A stretch of 60,824 nt of DNA from a virus (lineage: Duplodnaviria > Caudoviricetes). Made by a program: the position numbers and the translations under genes. Under the pieces are notes generated by a model that saw only the letters and a list, made by a program, of their open reading frames with translations, was not told the DNA's origin and searched no databases. The stretch is taken from the IMG/VR virus record IMGVR_UViG_3300045738_001878, positions 1 through 60,824 of that record, one strand, 5' to 3'. Positions 38,738-48,225 of the stretch are shown here, piece by piece; the stretch's first letter is position 1; the number at the start of each line of letters is the position of its first letter.

Positions 38738-39916
38738 TTATTCGCACTTCTTTAAAAGGGTGGCTAACCCCTGTCCCATTCCTACGCACATTGTAGAAAT
38801 CCCTAAACTTTTTTCTTCTTCATGCATTAAATGAAATAAAGTGGTAGTTATTCTTGCCCCAGAGCATCCTAATGGGTGGCCTAACGCTATCGCTCCTCCC
38901 TTAAGATTAACCTTAGTATCAATTTCATTTATCAAATCTAAACCATCTAAACAAGCTAATACCTGTATTGAAAAAGCTTCATTTAATTCTATCAATTCTA
39001 TATCTTCAAGATTATAATTTTCTCCGCTAATATCAGGCACAGATTTTGATAAAAGCTCTGTGACGGCTGAAATGGGAGCTAAACCCATCACAGATGGGGA
39101 TACTCCTGTTTTAGAAAAACCTTTTATTTCTATTAATCTGTCCTTAGAAAAACCTTTTTCTAAAGCAAGTTCTTTTTCCATAATCAATAAGGCAGCAGCC
39201 CCATCTGAAATTGCTGACGAATTTCCTGCTGTCACTGTTCCTTGGGGGTTGAAAACAGGATTAAGATTGCCTAATTGGTCTATACTTGTATTATTTCTTA
39301 CTGGTTCGTCTACCTCAGCGTTGATATAAGCCCCTGAGACGCTGTGTGCGGGCGTCGGGACGGTTTCGCTGCTCCAATTAGCTTGTGAGGCCAATACGTG
39401 CGATCTAAGGGCAAATTCATCTTGTTCCCTTCTGCTTATTCCGGTGACAACAGACAGATACTCCGCAGTATATCCCATTACTTGAGATGCCCTTGATGAT
39501 GTCAAACAATATTCAGGATTTTCGTCATATTCGCAATCCATAGGGATATGTCCCATATGTTCAATTCCACCACACACATAACAATTACCCTCTCCAATCA
39601 TTATTTGTCGAGCGGCGTCATTTATTGCTTCTAAAGAAGAACCACATAACAAATTAATTGTCTTTGCGGTTGTTTCAACAGGCAGTTCTGCCCCTAAAGA
39701 AGCAAATCTGGCTATATTAAATCCTTGTTCCTTTTGTTGATTTACACAACCAAAAATAACTTCATTAACATCGCTTTTAGATATGTTTTCGTTTCTTTCA
39801 AAAATTGAATTGATTACATGTGTGCTAAGTTTTTCAGCACGTATATTTCTATAAATTCCATTTTTAGATTTGCCCATAGGGGTTCTAACGGCATCTACAA
39901 TTACTGGTATTTTCAT
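38738..39916 (-). CDS. fadA: 3-ketoacyl-CoA thiolase
   Basis: VIVDAVRTPMGKSK; NLLCGSS (catalytic Cys); NEAF; GHPLGCSG; MCVGMGQG. Confidence 0.95.
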   Translation of the reverse strand: MKIPVIVDAVRTPMGKSKNGIYRNIRAEKLSTHVINSIFERNENISKSDVNEVIFGCVNQQKEQGFNIARFASLGAELPVETTAKTINLLCGSSLEAINDAARQIMIGEGNCYVCGGIEHMGHIPMDCEYDENPEYCLTSSRASQVMGYTAEYLSVVTGISRREQDEFALRSHVLASQANWSSETVPTPAHSVSGAYINAEVDEPVRNNTSIDQLGNLNPVFNPQGTVTAGNSSAISDGAAALLIMEKELALEKGFSKDRLIEIKGFSKTGVSPSVMGLAPISAVTELLSKSVPDISGENYNLEDIELIELNEAFSIQVLACLDGLDLINEIDTKVNLKGGAIALGHPLGCSGARITTTLFHLMHEEEKSLGISTMCVGMGQGLATLLKKCE

Positions 39917-41874
39917 TAAACAAGTCCCTCTTTATAAGGTGGATATCCGGTTCCAAATATCATTGCCATGTTTATCTCATAAGGCTCGTCAACTATTTTT
40001 TCGTCTAATATCATCTTCGCTTCTTTTTTCATGACCGACATTAATCTTTCTTCCACATCTACAGGAGCCGGGCGGACCTGCCCAGAGTCAGAAAATTTTC
40101 CTTTTCTTTTTGTACCTTTCCAACTATAAAATCCCGCACCTGTTTTTTGTCCTAGGGTGTTGTTTTCATAAAGTTGTTTGCAAAAACTGTCTTCTGGGCT
40201 TTTGATATAATCGTATTCTTCAACCATGCTATTAGAGGCATGTACCATTACATCAATTCCAACGAGGTCGGACAATTCCGCCGGACCCATTGGCCATCCA
40301 AAATCTTTCATTACTTTGTCTATATGTTCAAAGTCTATCCCCGAAGAGATCATATGATCGAATTCAACTAGGTAAGGCATTAGCACTCTATTCACAACAA
40401 ATCCTGCACAGTCGTTGCATACTAGAGGGGTCTTGCCCATTGCTATCGCCAGAGAACATAATATTCCCACTGTCCCGTCGCTGGTATCTTTCCCTTTTAC
40501 AATTTCTACAAGTGGCATTTTTGAAACAGGGTTAAAGAAATGCATGCCGCCAACCCTAGTTGCATTAAGTCCTTCTTTCAAATCATCTATTTTAAATGTA
40601 GAAGTATTTGTTGCAAAAACAGTTTCTTCCGTTGCGTAAGAAGCGGATTCACGAAGAACTCTTTTCTTTAGATTTATATCTTCGGGGACTGCTTCAATAA
40701 CCACATCGGCATTGCGGACAGCTTCTTCCAAATTGGTAGTTTCTTCAATTAAGTCCATTACTCTGCTGCATTCATTTATTGTGATATACCCCTTGCTAAC
40801 TTTGCTCATTAAGTAATCACGATTAGACTTTGTGGATTTTTCAATTTGACTGTCGTCTGGATCGTAAAGAGAAACTTTGATATTTGCTTTATTGGCGATT
40901 CCAAAAGCAATTCCACCTCCCATTACACCTGCCCCCAACACGGCTACTTTATTAATAGAAGAAGCCGATCTTGCATATGAAGCAGCCTTGGATTTTAGTT
41001 TTCTTTCACCAAAGAATATGTTGATGAGATTTCTAGAAACATCTGTTTTTGATAATTCGACAAAGGCTGTTTGTTCGTAAGTTAAAGCTTCATCTCTTTC
41101 CATTTTTCTACAAGTTTCTATTACTTCTAATGCTTTAATAGGTGCGGGGTAATTGCTCCCCGCCTTTTTAGAAACTGTTACTTTGGCAAATTTAAAAGTC
41201 ATCATCGCTTCAATCATGCCAAGTTTGATTGGGCTGGTTTTTTTATTTCTTCTTTTTTCTATTTCATTTCTTAACCCCTCAATTGTTTCAATAGCCACTT
41301 CTTCAAAGTTTGCATCTTTTTCTGCAATTGCATCAACAAGTCCCATTTTCAAAGCTTCTTTTGCTCTTAAAGTTCTTCCTGAACAAATAAGATCAATTGC
41401 ATTATCTGCACCAATGAGTCTTGGAAGTCTAGTAGTTCCTCCCCACGCCGGGAGTATTCCTAATTTGACTTCAGGGAGAGCAACCTGTGCTTGAGGTTCA
41501 GCCATTCGTCCCGAACATGCTAAGGCTATTTCAAGTCCTCCTCCCATTGCTGTTCCATTTATCCAAGCCAAAGTGGGGATCGGCATGTCTTCAATTTTAT
41601 TGAATACTTCTTGTCCTGACTTCACCACCTCTATTATTGCATCGTCGCTTTCTTGGCTCACAGCGACTAATTCTTTTACATCTGCTCCAGCGATGAATGA
41701 AGTTTTTCTACTTGCAAATACAATCCCTTTGTGATCTGCGTTTATGTTTCCCAATATATCATTGAGTTCGTCCATAGAACTTCGATCAAACGTATTAACG
41801 CTTTTTCCTGGTGAGTTAAAATATACAAATAAGATTCCATCTTTGATCTCAGTTTCAAAATTTTTATAACCCAT
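39916..41874 (-). CDS. fadB: Fatty-acid oxidation multifunctional enzyme (enoyl-CoA hydratase plus 3-hydroxyacyl-CoA dehydrogenase)
   Basis: FIAGAD; GGGLE; PEVKLG; GAGVMGGGIA; EAVPE; TNTS; HFFNP; GFVVNR; PMGP. Confidence 0.93.
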   Translation of the reverse strand: MGYKNFETEIKDGILFVYFNSPGKSVNTFDRSSMDELNDILGNINADHKGIVFASRKTSFIAGADVKELVAVSQESDDAIIEVVKSGQEVFNKIEDMPIPTLAWINGTAMGGGLEIALACSGRMAEPQAQVALPEVKLGILPAWGGTTRLPRLIGADNAIDLICSGRTLRAKEALKMGLVDAIAEKDANFEEVAIETIEGLRNEIEKRRNKKTSPIKLGMIEAMMTFKFAKVTVSKKAGSNYPAPIKALEVIETCRKMERDEALTYEQTAFVELSKTDVSRNLINIFFGERKLKSKAASYARSASSINKVAVLGAGVMGGGIAFGIANKANIKVSLYDPDDSQIEKSTKSNRDYLMSKVSKGYITINECSRVMDLIEETTNLEEAVRNADVVIEAVPEDINLKKRVLRESASYATEETVFATNTSTFKIDDLKEGLNATRVGGMHFFNPVSKMPLVEIVKGKDTSDGTVGILCSLAIAMGKTPLVCNDCAGFVVNRVLMPYLVEFDHMISSGIDFEHIDKVMKDFGWPMGPAELSDLVGIDVMVHASNSMVEEYDYIKSPEDSFCKQLYENNTLGQKTGAGFYSWKGTKRKGKFSDSGQVRPAPVDVEERLMSVMKKEAKMILDEKIVDEPYEINMAMIFGTGYPPYKEGLV

Positions 41875-41883
41875 TTTTTGTCC

Positions 41884-43803
41884 TTATTGTTTGTAGTTCA
41901 TTAATATTGTGCCTAAAGTTGATTTTGGTCCCAAGTTGGAACAAACAAAGTCTTCATCGCTAAGCTTCTCGCCAAGTTTGACTGATTTTCTTATTTGATG
42001 GTCATTAGGATGCTTTCCGAGTATCTCATTTTTTAAATTGTCACAAGCAACATCAGCGATTTGCTCAGTGATTTCATCATAATGTGTTGCTGTGTATCCT
42101 AATGTTGCCAACATGGTAATTAAATTTTGTATCTTATTAGACAAGAGCGACATCCTACATTGTTTATCCGCTAAACGAAGTTGGTATCTTCTCATTAATG
42201 AGCTTATTTCAGATGCAACCTTTTGTAGATTCTTAATTGCAAAGTCGGCATGGTTTTTAAGTTGTGGCGGGAAAGATTGATCATCAAATAATGTGGCAGA
42301 TTTAGGGTATAACTTTTCTTTAAAAAGCCACTTAGCATAAGGCAAAAACACTTTGTAATTTTTAATCACATCAATAGGAGACGGCTTCTTAATGCCAGCT
42401 TCCATCATTGCTTTGCCAATAGGTTCAAAATATTTAACTCCATGCTCTTTCACCAGCGATTTGAAAAATGCCATGTTTAGCATATCGCCCTCGCCCTCAT
42501 AAATCAATGGAGCTAAAAACTCATGAATATTATCTCCTATTAAGTGTCCATGTAAAAATGAACGGCCACCATGTGTTTTCATGCACAGATCAATTGCTGA
42601 TTCTTTTTGTTTCTCTGATCCAAACGTTTTAGCAACAATGCATTCCAACTCGCCTCTGTACCCTTGGTCTATAAGAGAAGAACACCAGTTTACAAGAGAA
42701 TTAGAAGATAAAATATATCCGGCTAATTTGGCGATCCTATTTTGAACTAGTTCTCTTTTAGCGATAGGTTGTCCATAGGTGATTCGGAAATTGGACCAAG
42801 GCAACATAGACCACAACATTACGTTCATACATCCGGCTGCATTTGCGCATAGTGCAATCCGCCCCAGGTTCAATCCGTGATAGGCAATGGTAAGCCCATT
42901 GCCTTTATTCGGTTTGATTAAATTTTCCTTTGGAACTTTGAAATTTTTAAAGACAAGACCATTATTGTTCAATCTAGACAAAGCATAAAGACCATACGTT
43001 TTTAATTGAAAATGGGCGCTTTCTTTTTCAGGCAAGTCTACTATTAGCACTTGTGGTTCATTGTCTATAAGACAAACAAGAGAAATCAATCTTCCACATA
43101 TGGCATTTGTTATAAATAGTTTTTCTCCATTTACGACATAATGATCTCCCTCAAGAGTTGCTGTAGTTTTTAGAGCCGTCATATCAGAACCGGCCCAAGG
43201 TTCTGTGAGAGCAAAAGCCGATAGCTTTTCCCCTGAAGCGAGAAGAGGAAGCCATTTTTCTTTTTGATCTTTGTCCCCAAAAGTTTTAATCGGATCGACT
43301 GCGCCAATGCACCCATGCACAGAAGCTAGTCCAGCCACACTTGGTTCCAACATTGCCATTTTAGATAAAAATGGAGCAAATCTAGAAAAGGAAATAGCTG
43401 GTTTTTCAACTATCCCCTTGATAGATCGTGTTGCCTGAACTGGAGCAATAGGAACTAAAAGGCCAAAATATCCTGCTTTAGATAAATCATTCAATAAATC
43501 TTTGCTTAATTTACCAGTTTCAGAATCATAAAGTGTGTCATTAATTTTATGATCGTTAAGTACCTCGTAACAATCTTTTGTAATTTGTAATTCTTCTTGA
43601 AAAGAGAAATTGAAAAACTCTTTGATGGGAAACTCTCTGTCCCACACTGCACGGTGTACTGGGCTGTGAGAGGTTTTGTACTTTTCCTTAAACAAGTTGT
43701 CTACTTGATCATCCGCTGTATCAACTTTGCCTATGCTTTTAGACTCTTCTTTAGTTTTTCCGCTTAACTCCATTGCGGTTTCAGCAAAAGATTTATTACT
43801 CAT
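41884..43803 (-). CDS. Acyl-CoA dehydrogenase
   Basis: AFALTEPWAGSD; NGEKLFITN; LN.GRI; R.TYG.PI; HGG; IYEG catalytic Glu. Confidence 0.93.
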   Translation of the reverse strand: MSNKSFAETAMELSGKTKEESKSIGKVDTADDQVDNLFKEKYKTSHSPVHRAVWDREFPIKEFFNFSFQEELQITKDCYEVLNDHKINDTLYDSETGKLSKDLLNDLSKAGYFGLLVPIAPVQATRSIKGIVEKPAISFSRFAPFLSKMAMLEPSVAGLASVHGCIGAVDPIKTFGDKDQKEKWLPLLASGEKLSAFALTEPWAGSDMTALKTTATLEGDHYVVNGEKLFITNAICGRLISLVCLIDNEPQVLIVDLPEKESAHFQLKTYGLYALSRLNNNGLVFKNFKVPKENLIKPNKGNGLTIAYHGLNLGRIALCANAAGCMNVMLWSMLPWSNFRITYGQPIAKRELVQNRIAKLAGYILSSNSLVNWCSSLIDQGYRGELECIVAKTFGSEKQKESAIDLCMKTHGGRSFLHGHLIGDNIHEFLAPLIYEGEGDMLNMAFFKSLVKEHGVKYFEPIGKAMMEAGIKKPSPIDVIKNYKVFLPYAKWLFKEKLYPKSATLFDDQSFPPQLKNHADFAIKNLQKVASEISSLMRRYQLRLADKQCRMSLLSNKIQNLITMLATLGYTATHYDEITEQIADVACDNLKNEILGKHPNDHQIRKSVKLGEKLSDEDFVCSNLGPKSTLGTILMNYKQ

Positions 43804-43930
43804 GAATTAAGGCCCTCTTAAAGAAACTAACAAATATAAGATAGTTTTATGTCGTTATCAATTTGATAAATTTTTTGTCAACATGGAACTAAATGGGATA
43901 TTTTCTTTTATTATGATTCTATCTTATAAC

Positions 43931-44902
43931 ATGGCACGCATTATACGCAAACGTGACCCAATAAAAAAGCCTCTTTCTGTAAGAGAATTTCACGAGAAGA
44001 AGAACAAAATTCTAATCTTGCGTGAAACAGGAGGGCTGGGGGATATCTTACTGCATCGGCATATATTCGAAGACTTCAAGCGGGTCATGCCAGATGTAGA
44101 GGTGGTATTCGCTTGTCCAACCAAATACCACGAGGCCGTTGCAGATCATCCTTACGTCAATGAGGTAGTTGATTCCCGAACCGTGAAATATCACGACTAC
44201 ATTGCACATTACAATACCACTAGTGCATGTACTCGACACGAGATGAGACATGTTCCGATGTCGAACAAAAACCGAAGCGACATTTGGGCAAATCACTGTG
44301 GCGTTCTGCTTACTAGACACAACATGCATATCACTCTTGATGAAGAGACTATAAAATTTGGGAAAAAGAAGCTACAGGAGGCTGGACATCGTGGCGATAG
44401 GCCATCTGTGATAATTAACCCCATATCAGCTATGTTGACAAAAGACCTTCAGGATTGGCAAATAGAAGGATTAATTGACGGCTTGCGAGAAAGGGGGATG
44501 TTTGTTATGGCCCTACACTTGTCCCCCATTGATGGCCTGCCATCTAATGTCCCTCAATTATATGGAATTAGAATAAAAGAATGGATGGGGGTATTAAATG
44601 CAGCAGATTATATCATTAGTGTTGATTCTGCTGCCTTTCACTTTGCGGGTGGAATTGGCAAGCCTTTGACGGGCATTTTCACTTTCGCAGACGGTAAGGT
44701 ATACGGTCGTCATTATGATTTCGTTCTAGTACAAAAACATAGAGATGATGGCAATTGGGAATGTGGGCCTTGTTATAACTGGCCAATGTGTCCGAAAGAA
44801 ACCAAGAGTCCAATAAAACCCTGCTGTACAGAAATAACAATTCAAATGATGCTGGATGGCGTAGATAAAATGATAGAGAAGTGGCCGTGGAAAACCAGTT
44901 AA
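43931..44902 (+). CDS. GT9 (ADP-heptose:LPS heptosyltransferase-like) glycosyltransferase
   Basis: GGLGDIL; HPYV.EV; ADYIISVDSAAFHFAG..GKP; C.PC..C..C tail; likely start MARII. Confidence 0.85.
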   Translation: MARIIRKRDPIKKPLSVREFHEKKNKILILRETGGLGDILLHRHIFEDFKRVMPDVEVVFACPTKYHEAVADHPYVNEVVDSRTVKYHDYIAHYNTTSACTRHEMRHVPMSNKNRSDIWANHCGVLLTRHNMHITLDEETIKFGKKKLQEAGHRGDRPSVIINPISAMLTKDLQDWQIEGLIDGLRERGMFVMALHLSPIDGLPSNVPQLYGIRIKEWMGVLNAADYIISVDSAAFHFAGGIGKPLTGIFTFADGKVYGRHYDFVLVQKHRDDGNWECGPCYNWPMCPKETKSPIKPCCTEITIQMMLDGVDKMIEKWPWKTS

Positions 44903-45118
44903 TCACAATGAACCGCATGGATCATATTGGGGCATACCTCTCAGACAGTCTGTCGTCCTTCAGGGACACGTAATTGGTTCACCAGAGGAGAATAGCCAGA
45001 TTATGATTAAACGTCTCTAGAATGGCTCTCAGGGCTTTGCGGGTACAATAACTAATACACTAATGTCTTCATTTTTACCATTAGGATAACTCTATATAAG
45101 AAGAAGGAAAAATTCAAT

Positions 45119-45364
45119 ATGCCAAATCTAATTAGACCAGGATCAACAAAAGTTATTACCAGGAACGGCGAAGTTGAACTTTACGTCGTCTTGGATTTGA
45201 ATGTTAATCTTAACACAGATGGCTTGCAATTATCTACTACTGCTGCAAAGGCACGCCAGGAGCAAGAAGAAGAGGATGAGGATAATGATAAGGTGAATTG
45301 GGCTATTCCTGAATTCGCTTCTGGAAAAGATAAAGTCAAATTTGGAAAGAATATAGAGGAGTAA
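45119..45364 (+). CDS. Small protein upstream of the actin-like ATPase
   Basis: 81 aa, AAGGA SD, TATATA at 45093; acidic stretch then WAIPEF. Confidence 0.7.
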   Translation: MPNLIRPGSTKVITRNGEVELYVVLDLNVNLNTDGLQLSTTAAKARQEQEEEDEDNDKVNWAIPEFASGKDKVKFGKNIEE

Positions 45365-45365
45365 T

Positions 45366-46382
45366 ATGGCCATTGGATTTGATGCTGGTACATATAATTT
45401 AGTTTGTTGTCGTAGGGACGGAAAAAAGAAAGGCTTCACTCACAAGCGTGAAGTCAACGCATTCATTGAAATGCCAATAGAAAACCGATTCGTCTTCAAT
45501 ATGATGAAAAATGCAGGTGTGCCTCTGATCGAAAGAAAAGAAGCTGGAGTGGCATATGCACTTGGAGAGGCTGCTGTAAATATTGCCTACACAATGAATA
45601 ATGTAGAACTCAAGCGACCTATGAAAGATGGGTGTTTGAACCCAAGAGAAAAATATGCCCAGCAAGTTATGAGCATCATGATGCATAGTTTGCTGGATGA
45701 TCTCGACCATGAAAAAGAACTTCTATATTACTCTGTACCCGCAAACGCAATCAATCAAGAGACAGACGCCGATTATCACGCCAAGATACTTGAAGCTGTT
45801 TTCAATGCATTTGAAGACGAGAATGGGAAAAAAGTAGAAGCTCATCCAATTAATGAAGCTCTAGCTCTTGTGTATGCAGAACTCGAAAGCAAGTCATACA
45901 CAGGCATAGGAATTTCTTTTGGAGCCGGTATGGTAAATCTTTGCTTCTCTATTTTTGGTGCTCCTGCTTTTGAATTTTCTCTAGTAAACAGTGGTGATTG
46001 GATCGATAAGATGGCGGCAAAAGCTACGGGAGAATCTCCCACCTTCATCAATAAGGAAAAGATGAAGTTAGACCTAACCGTTGATTCTGATTCTCTAGTT
46101 CAAAGAGCAATTAAGTCTCAATATGAAATCATGATTCAGAAAACCATTACTGGCATCAAAAAGGGTGTAGAAAAAGCTGGAAACAAGGCTCGTGGTGACA
46201 ACGCAATCGATATTGTTATCGCTGGTGGTACTAGCTCTCCTCCTGGTTTCGAAAAACTCTTTTCCGATGTAATCAAAGAAGCAAATGTCCCAATTGAAAT
46301 TGGAGAGATTATCCAACCTTCTGATCCACTGTATTCGGTGGCCAGAGGATGTTTAGTAGCAGCGGAAGCTGCCGCTCAGTAA
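45366..46382 (+). CDS. Actin-like ATPase (MreB/MamK/ParM superfamily)
   Basis: Phosphate-1 IGFDAGT; connect-1 NEALA; phosphate-2 GISFGAGMVN; adenosine IAGGTS; connect-2 VARG; GAGGAG SD. Confidence 0.9.
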   Translation: MAIGFDAGTYNLVCCRRDGKKKGFTHKREVNAFIEMPIENRFVFNMMKNAGVPLIERKEAGVAYALGEAAVNIAYTMNNVELKRPMKDGCLNPREKYAQQVMSIMMHSLLDDLDHEKELLYYSVPANAINQETDADYHAKILEAVFNAFEDENGKKVEAHPINEALALVYAELESKSYTGIGISFGAGMVNLCFSIFGAPAFEFSLVNSGDWIDKMAAKATGESPTFINKEKMKLDLTVDSDSLVQRAIKSQYEIMIQKTITGIKKGVEKAGNKARGDNAIDIVIAGGTSSPPGFEKLFSDVIKEANVPIEIGEIIQPSDPLYSVARGCLVAAEAAAQ

Positions 46383-46542
46383 AGTGTGTTATTCTGCAAT
46401 TTTTGCAAAAGTCACGCTAAATTATTGCGACAAGGAACGTATTGAAATAGAATAAGCTAAAAAGTAGAAAATACTCTAACTTTAAAGCTAAGTAAAGAAT
46501 ATAAAATCCTCTAATAGTGGATTTTTGAAAGGATCGAAGCAG

Positions 46543-46779
46543 ATGGAAAGCATAACAAAAAGAGTTAGTGACTTGGGAGCAGCAGCCTATCTCATGATGC
46601 ATGGGTACAAGGTTATAGGCCGACAAGGAAAAGCTATATCATTTGAAGTAGAAGAGTCTGGCTCTAGAGGATTCGATGAAAGACAATTAGAATACCTGTC
46701 TAGTGAATTTCATCGATTTGATTCATGCATTATGTCATTGAAAAAGATTGGTGATTGGATGCCACCAGATAGAAACTAA
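46543..46779 (+). CDS. Small DUF5659-like protein
   Basis: SDLGAAAYLMMHG...F......F...I..LK. Confidence 0.6.
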   Translation: MESITKRVSDLGAAAYLMMHGYKVIGRQGKAISFEVEESGSRGFDERQLEYLSSEFHRFDSCIMSLKKIGDWMPPDRN

Positions 46780-46833
46780 ACATTTTCTACAATAAGCGAT
46801 ATATACTATGGAATCGGTTATTTGGAGAAAATT

Positions 46834-48225
46834 ATGGCTAGCGCAGAAATGGACAAATTATTTAATGACATGTTCAAGGATGTTGATAATGAAATCAACC
46901 AATTCAGGGACAAAATAAACGCTGCGCTCAAGAAAAATGCTGACAGCCTGAATCAGGCAGCTATGCAAGCTATACAGCAAACCATGCAGCAAGCTGGAAT
47001 GGCAGGACAGCCCGGTATGCAAACCGCACCAGGGCAACCCAGCAGACCACAATCTTTACCTTGGCTCAAGCACGGTTTACGTGGATTCCTTCGCAAAATA
47101 TGGCATGGCAATCATCCCGACAATCCTAGTTGGCAAGGATATACAGGGGAACACGTATTGACATTAGAGGAAAATAATTTCCTCATGAATCAGCTTAATG
47201 AAGCCGCTGACATCATAATTAGCGAAGTAGTTCCAGCCGATGTTATTGGGGCATCATTGTCAGGGCAAATTGGCGATATTGAAAAAATCACAATAGATTT
47301 TAGAAATAATTTGAAAACCATCATTAGGACTGCTCTTACACAAGCGGATATTAAAGGACGAAGAGGCTCAGCTACAACAACGCCCTCGCCCTCGCCCACA
47401 TCCACACCTGCCGCCGCAGTTAGTGCTGGGGATATAGACTCAGCAGCAGCAGAAGAAGATGATGACGATGTTGGCCAATTCGAACCTGCGACTGATGTTG
47501 TCCCCGGCGAAGGGGGTGGTGATGATGCAGATGTGCCGGTCTCAACTATCAACAAGGATGTTGTTCAGCAGATAGATTCATCGGAAAACCAAGAAATTGA
47601 TGCGAAAATTGATGCAATGGGTGAAGAATTAAGGGAATTAGTAGATCAGAAAACTGGCAAGATCAAAGTGAAGTCTCGTGGCTTGGCCAGGGCGGCACTA
47701 AAAGGTCTAGGTTTAGAAAATAATGATAAAAATGCTAAAAGGGTATTTGAACGATATGGCTATATCAAGCCAGACGGCCAAGAAGAGGATGGGATACCAG
47801 CAAGAACAGGTGGACGAACGAAACATGTTCCCAAAAAACGCAAAAGTGCTGCAACTACAACAACTACTACTGCTACATCGCCAAAGATAACCAAAGATAA
47901 AGATAAAGAAAAAGATAAAGTAAAGAAAAAGAAAACCGTTATTCAAGGTTCATCTGAACTACACTCTGTGGAGGGAGATGAGAAATTTATTTCCAACACA
48001 CTCGACGGCGATCATGACGATAACTACGAGTTAGAAAGTCGTCGTGCATATGAAGACTTTGTTGCTCGAAATATAATTGAAGGTCTACCACCGAAGTATA
48101 AGTTAAACTTCTTTAGGGAGACTTTGAGTAAGGGCGCTAGAGGCTCGTATGTTCTTCGCCACAAAGTAAGAAACATGCCTATTGAAGAACGCACGAAATA
48201 CTTCAAAGAATTATTGAATTCTTAA
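46834..48225 (+). CDS. Low-complexity hypothetical protein
   Basis: About 463 aa with Q-, T/P-, D- and K-rich tracts; GGAG SD; TATATA at 46800. Confidence 0.75.
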   Translation: MASAEMDKLFNDMFKDVDNEINQFRDKINAALKKNADSLNQAAMQAIQQTMQQAGMAGQPGMQTAPGQPSRPQSLPWLKHGLRGFLRKIWHGNHPDNPSWQGYTGEHVLTLEENNFLMNQLNEAADIIISEVVPADVIGASLSGQIGDIEKITIDFRNNLKTIIRTALTQADIKGRRGSATTTPSPSPTSTPAAAVSAGDIDSAAAEEDDDDVGQFEPATDVVPGEGGGDDADVPVSTINKDVVQQIDSSENQEIDAKIDAMGEELRELVDQKTGKIKVKSRGLARAALKGLGLENNDKNAKRVFERYGYIKPDGQEEDGIPARTGGRTKHVPKKRKSAATTTTTTATSPKITKDKDKEKDKVKKKKTVIQGSSELHSVEGDEKFISNTLDGDHDDNYELESRRAYEDFVARNIIEGLPPKYKLNFFRETLSKGARGSYVLRHKVRNMPIEERTKYFKELLNS

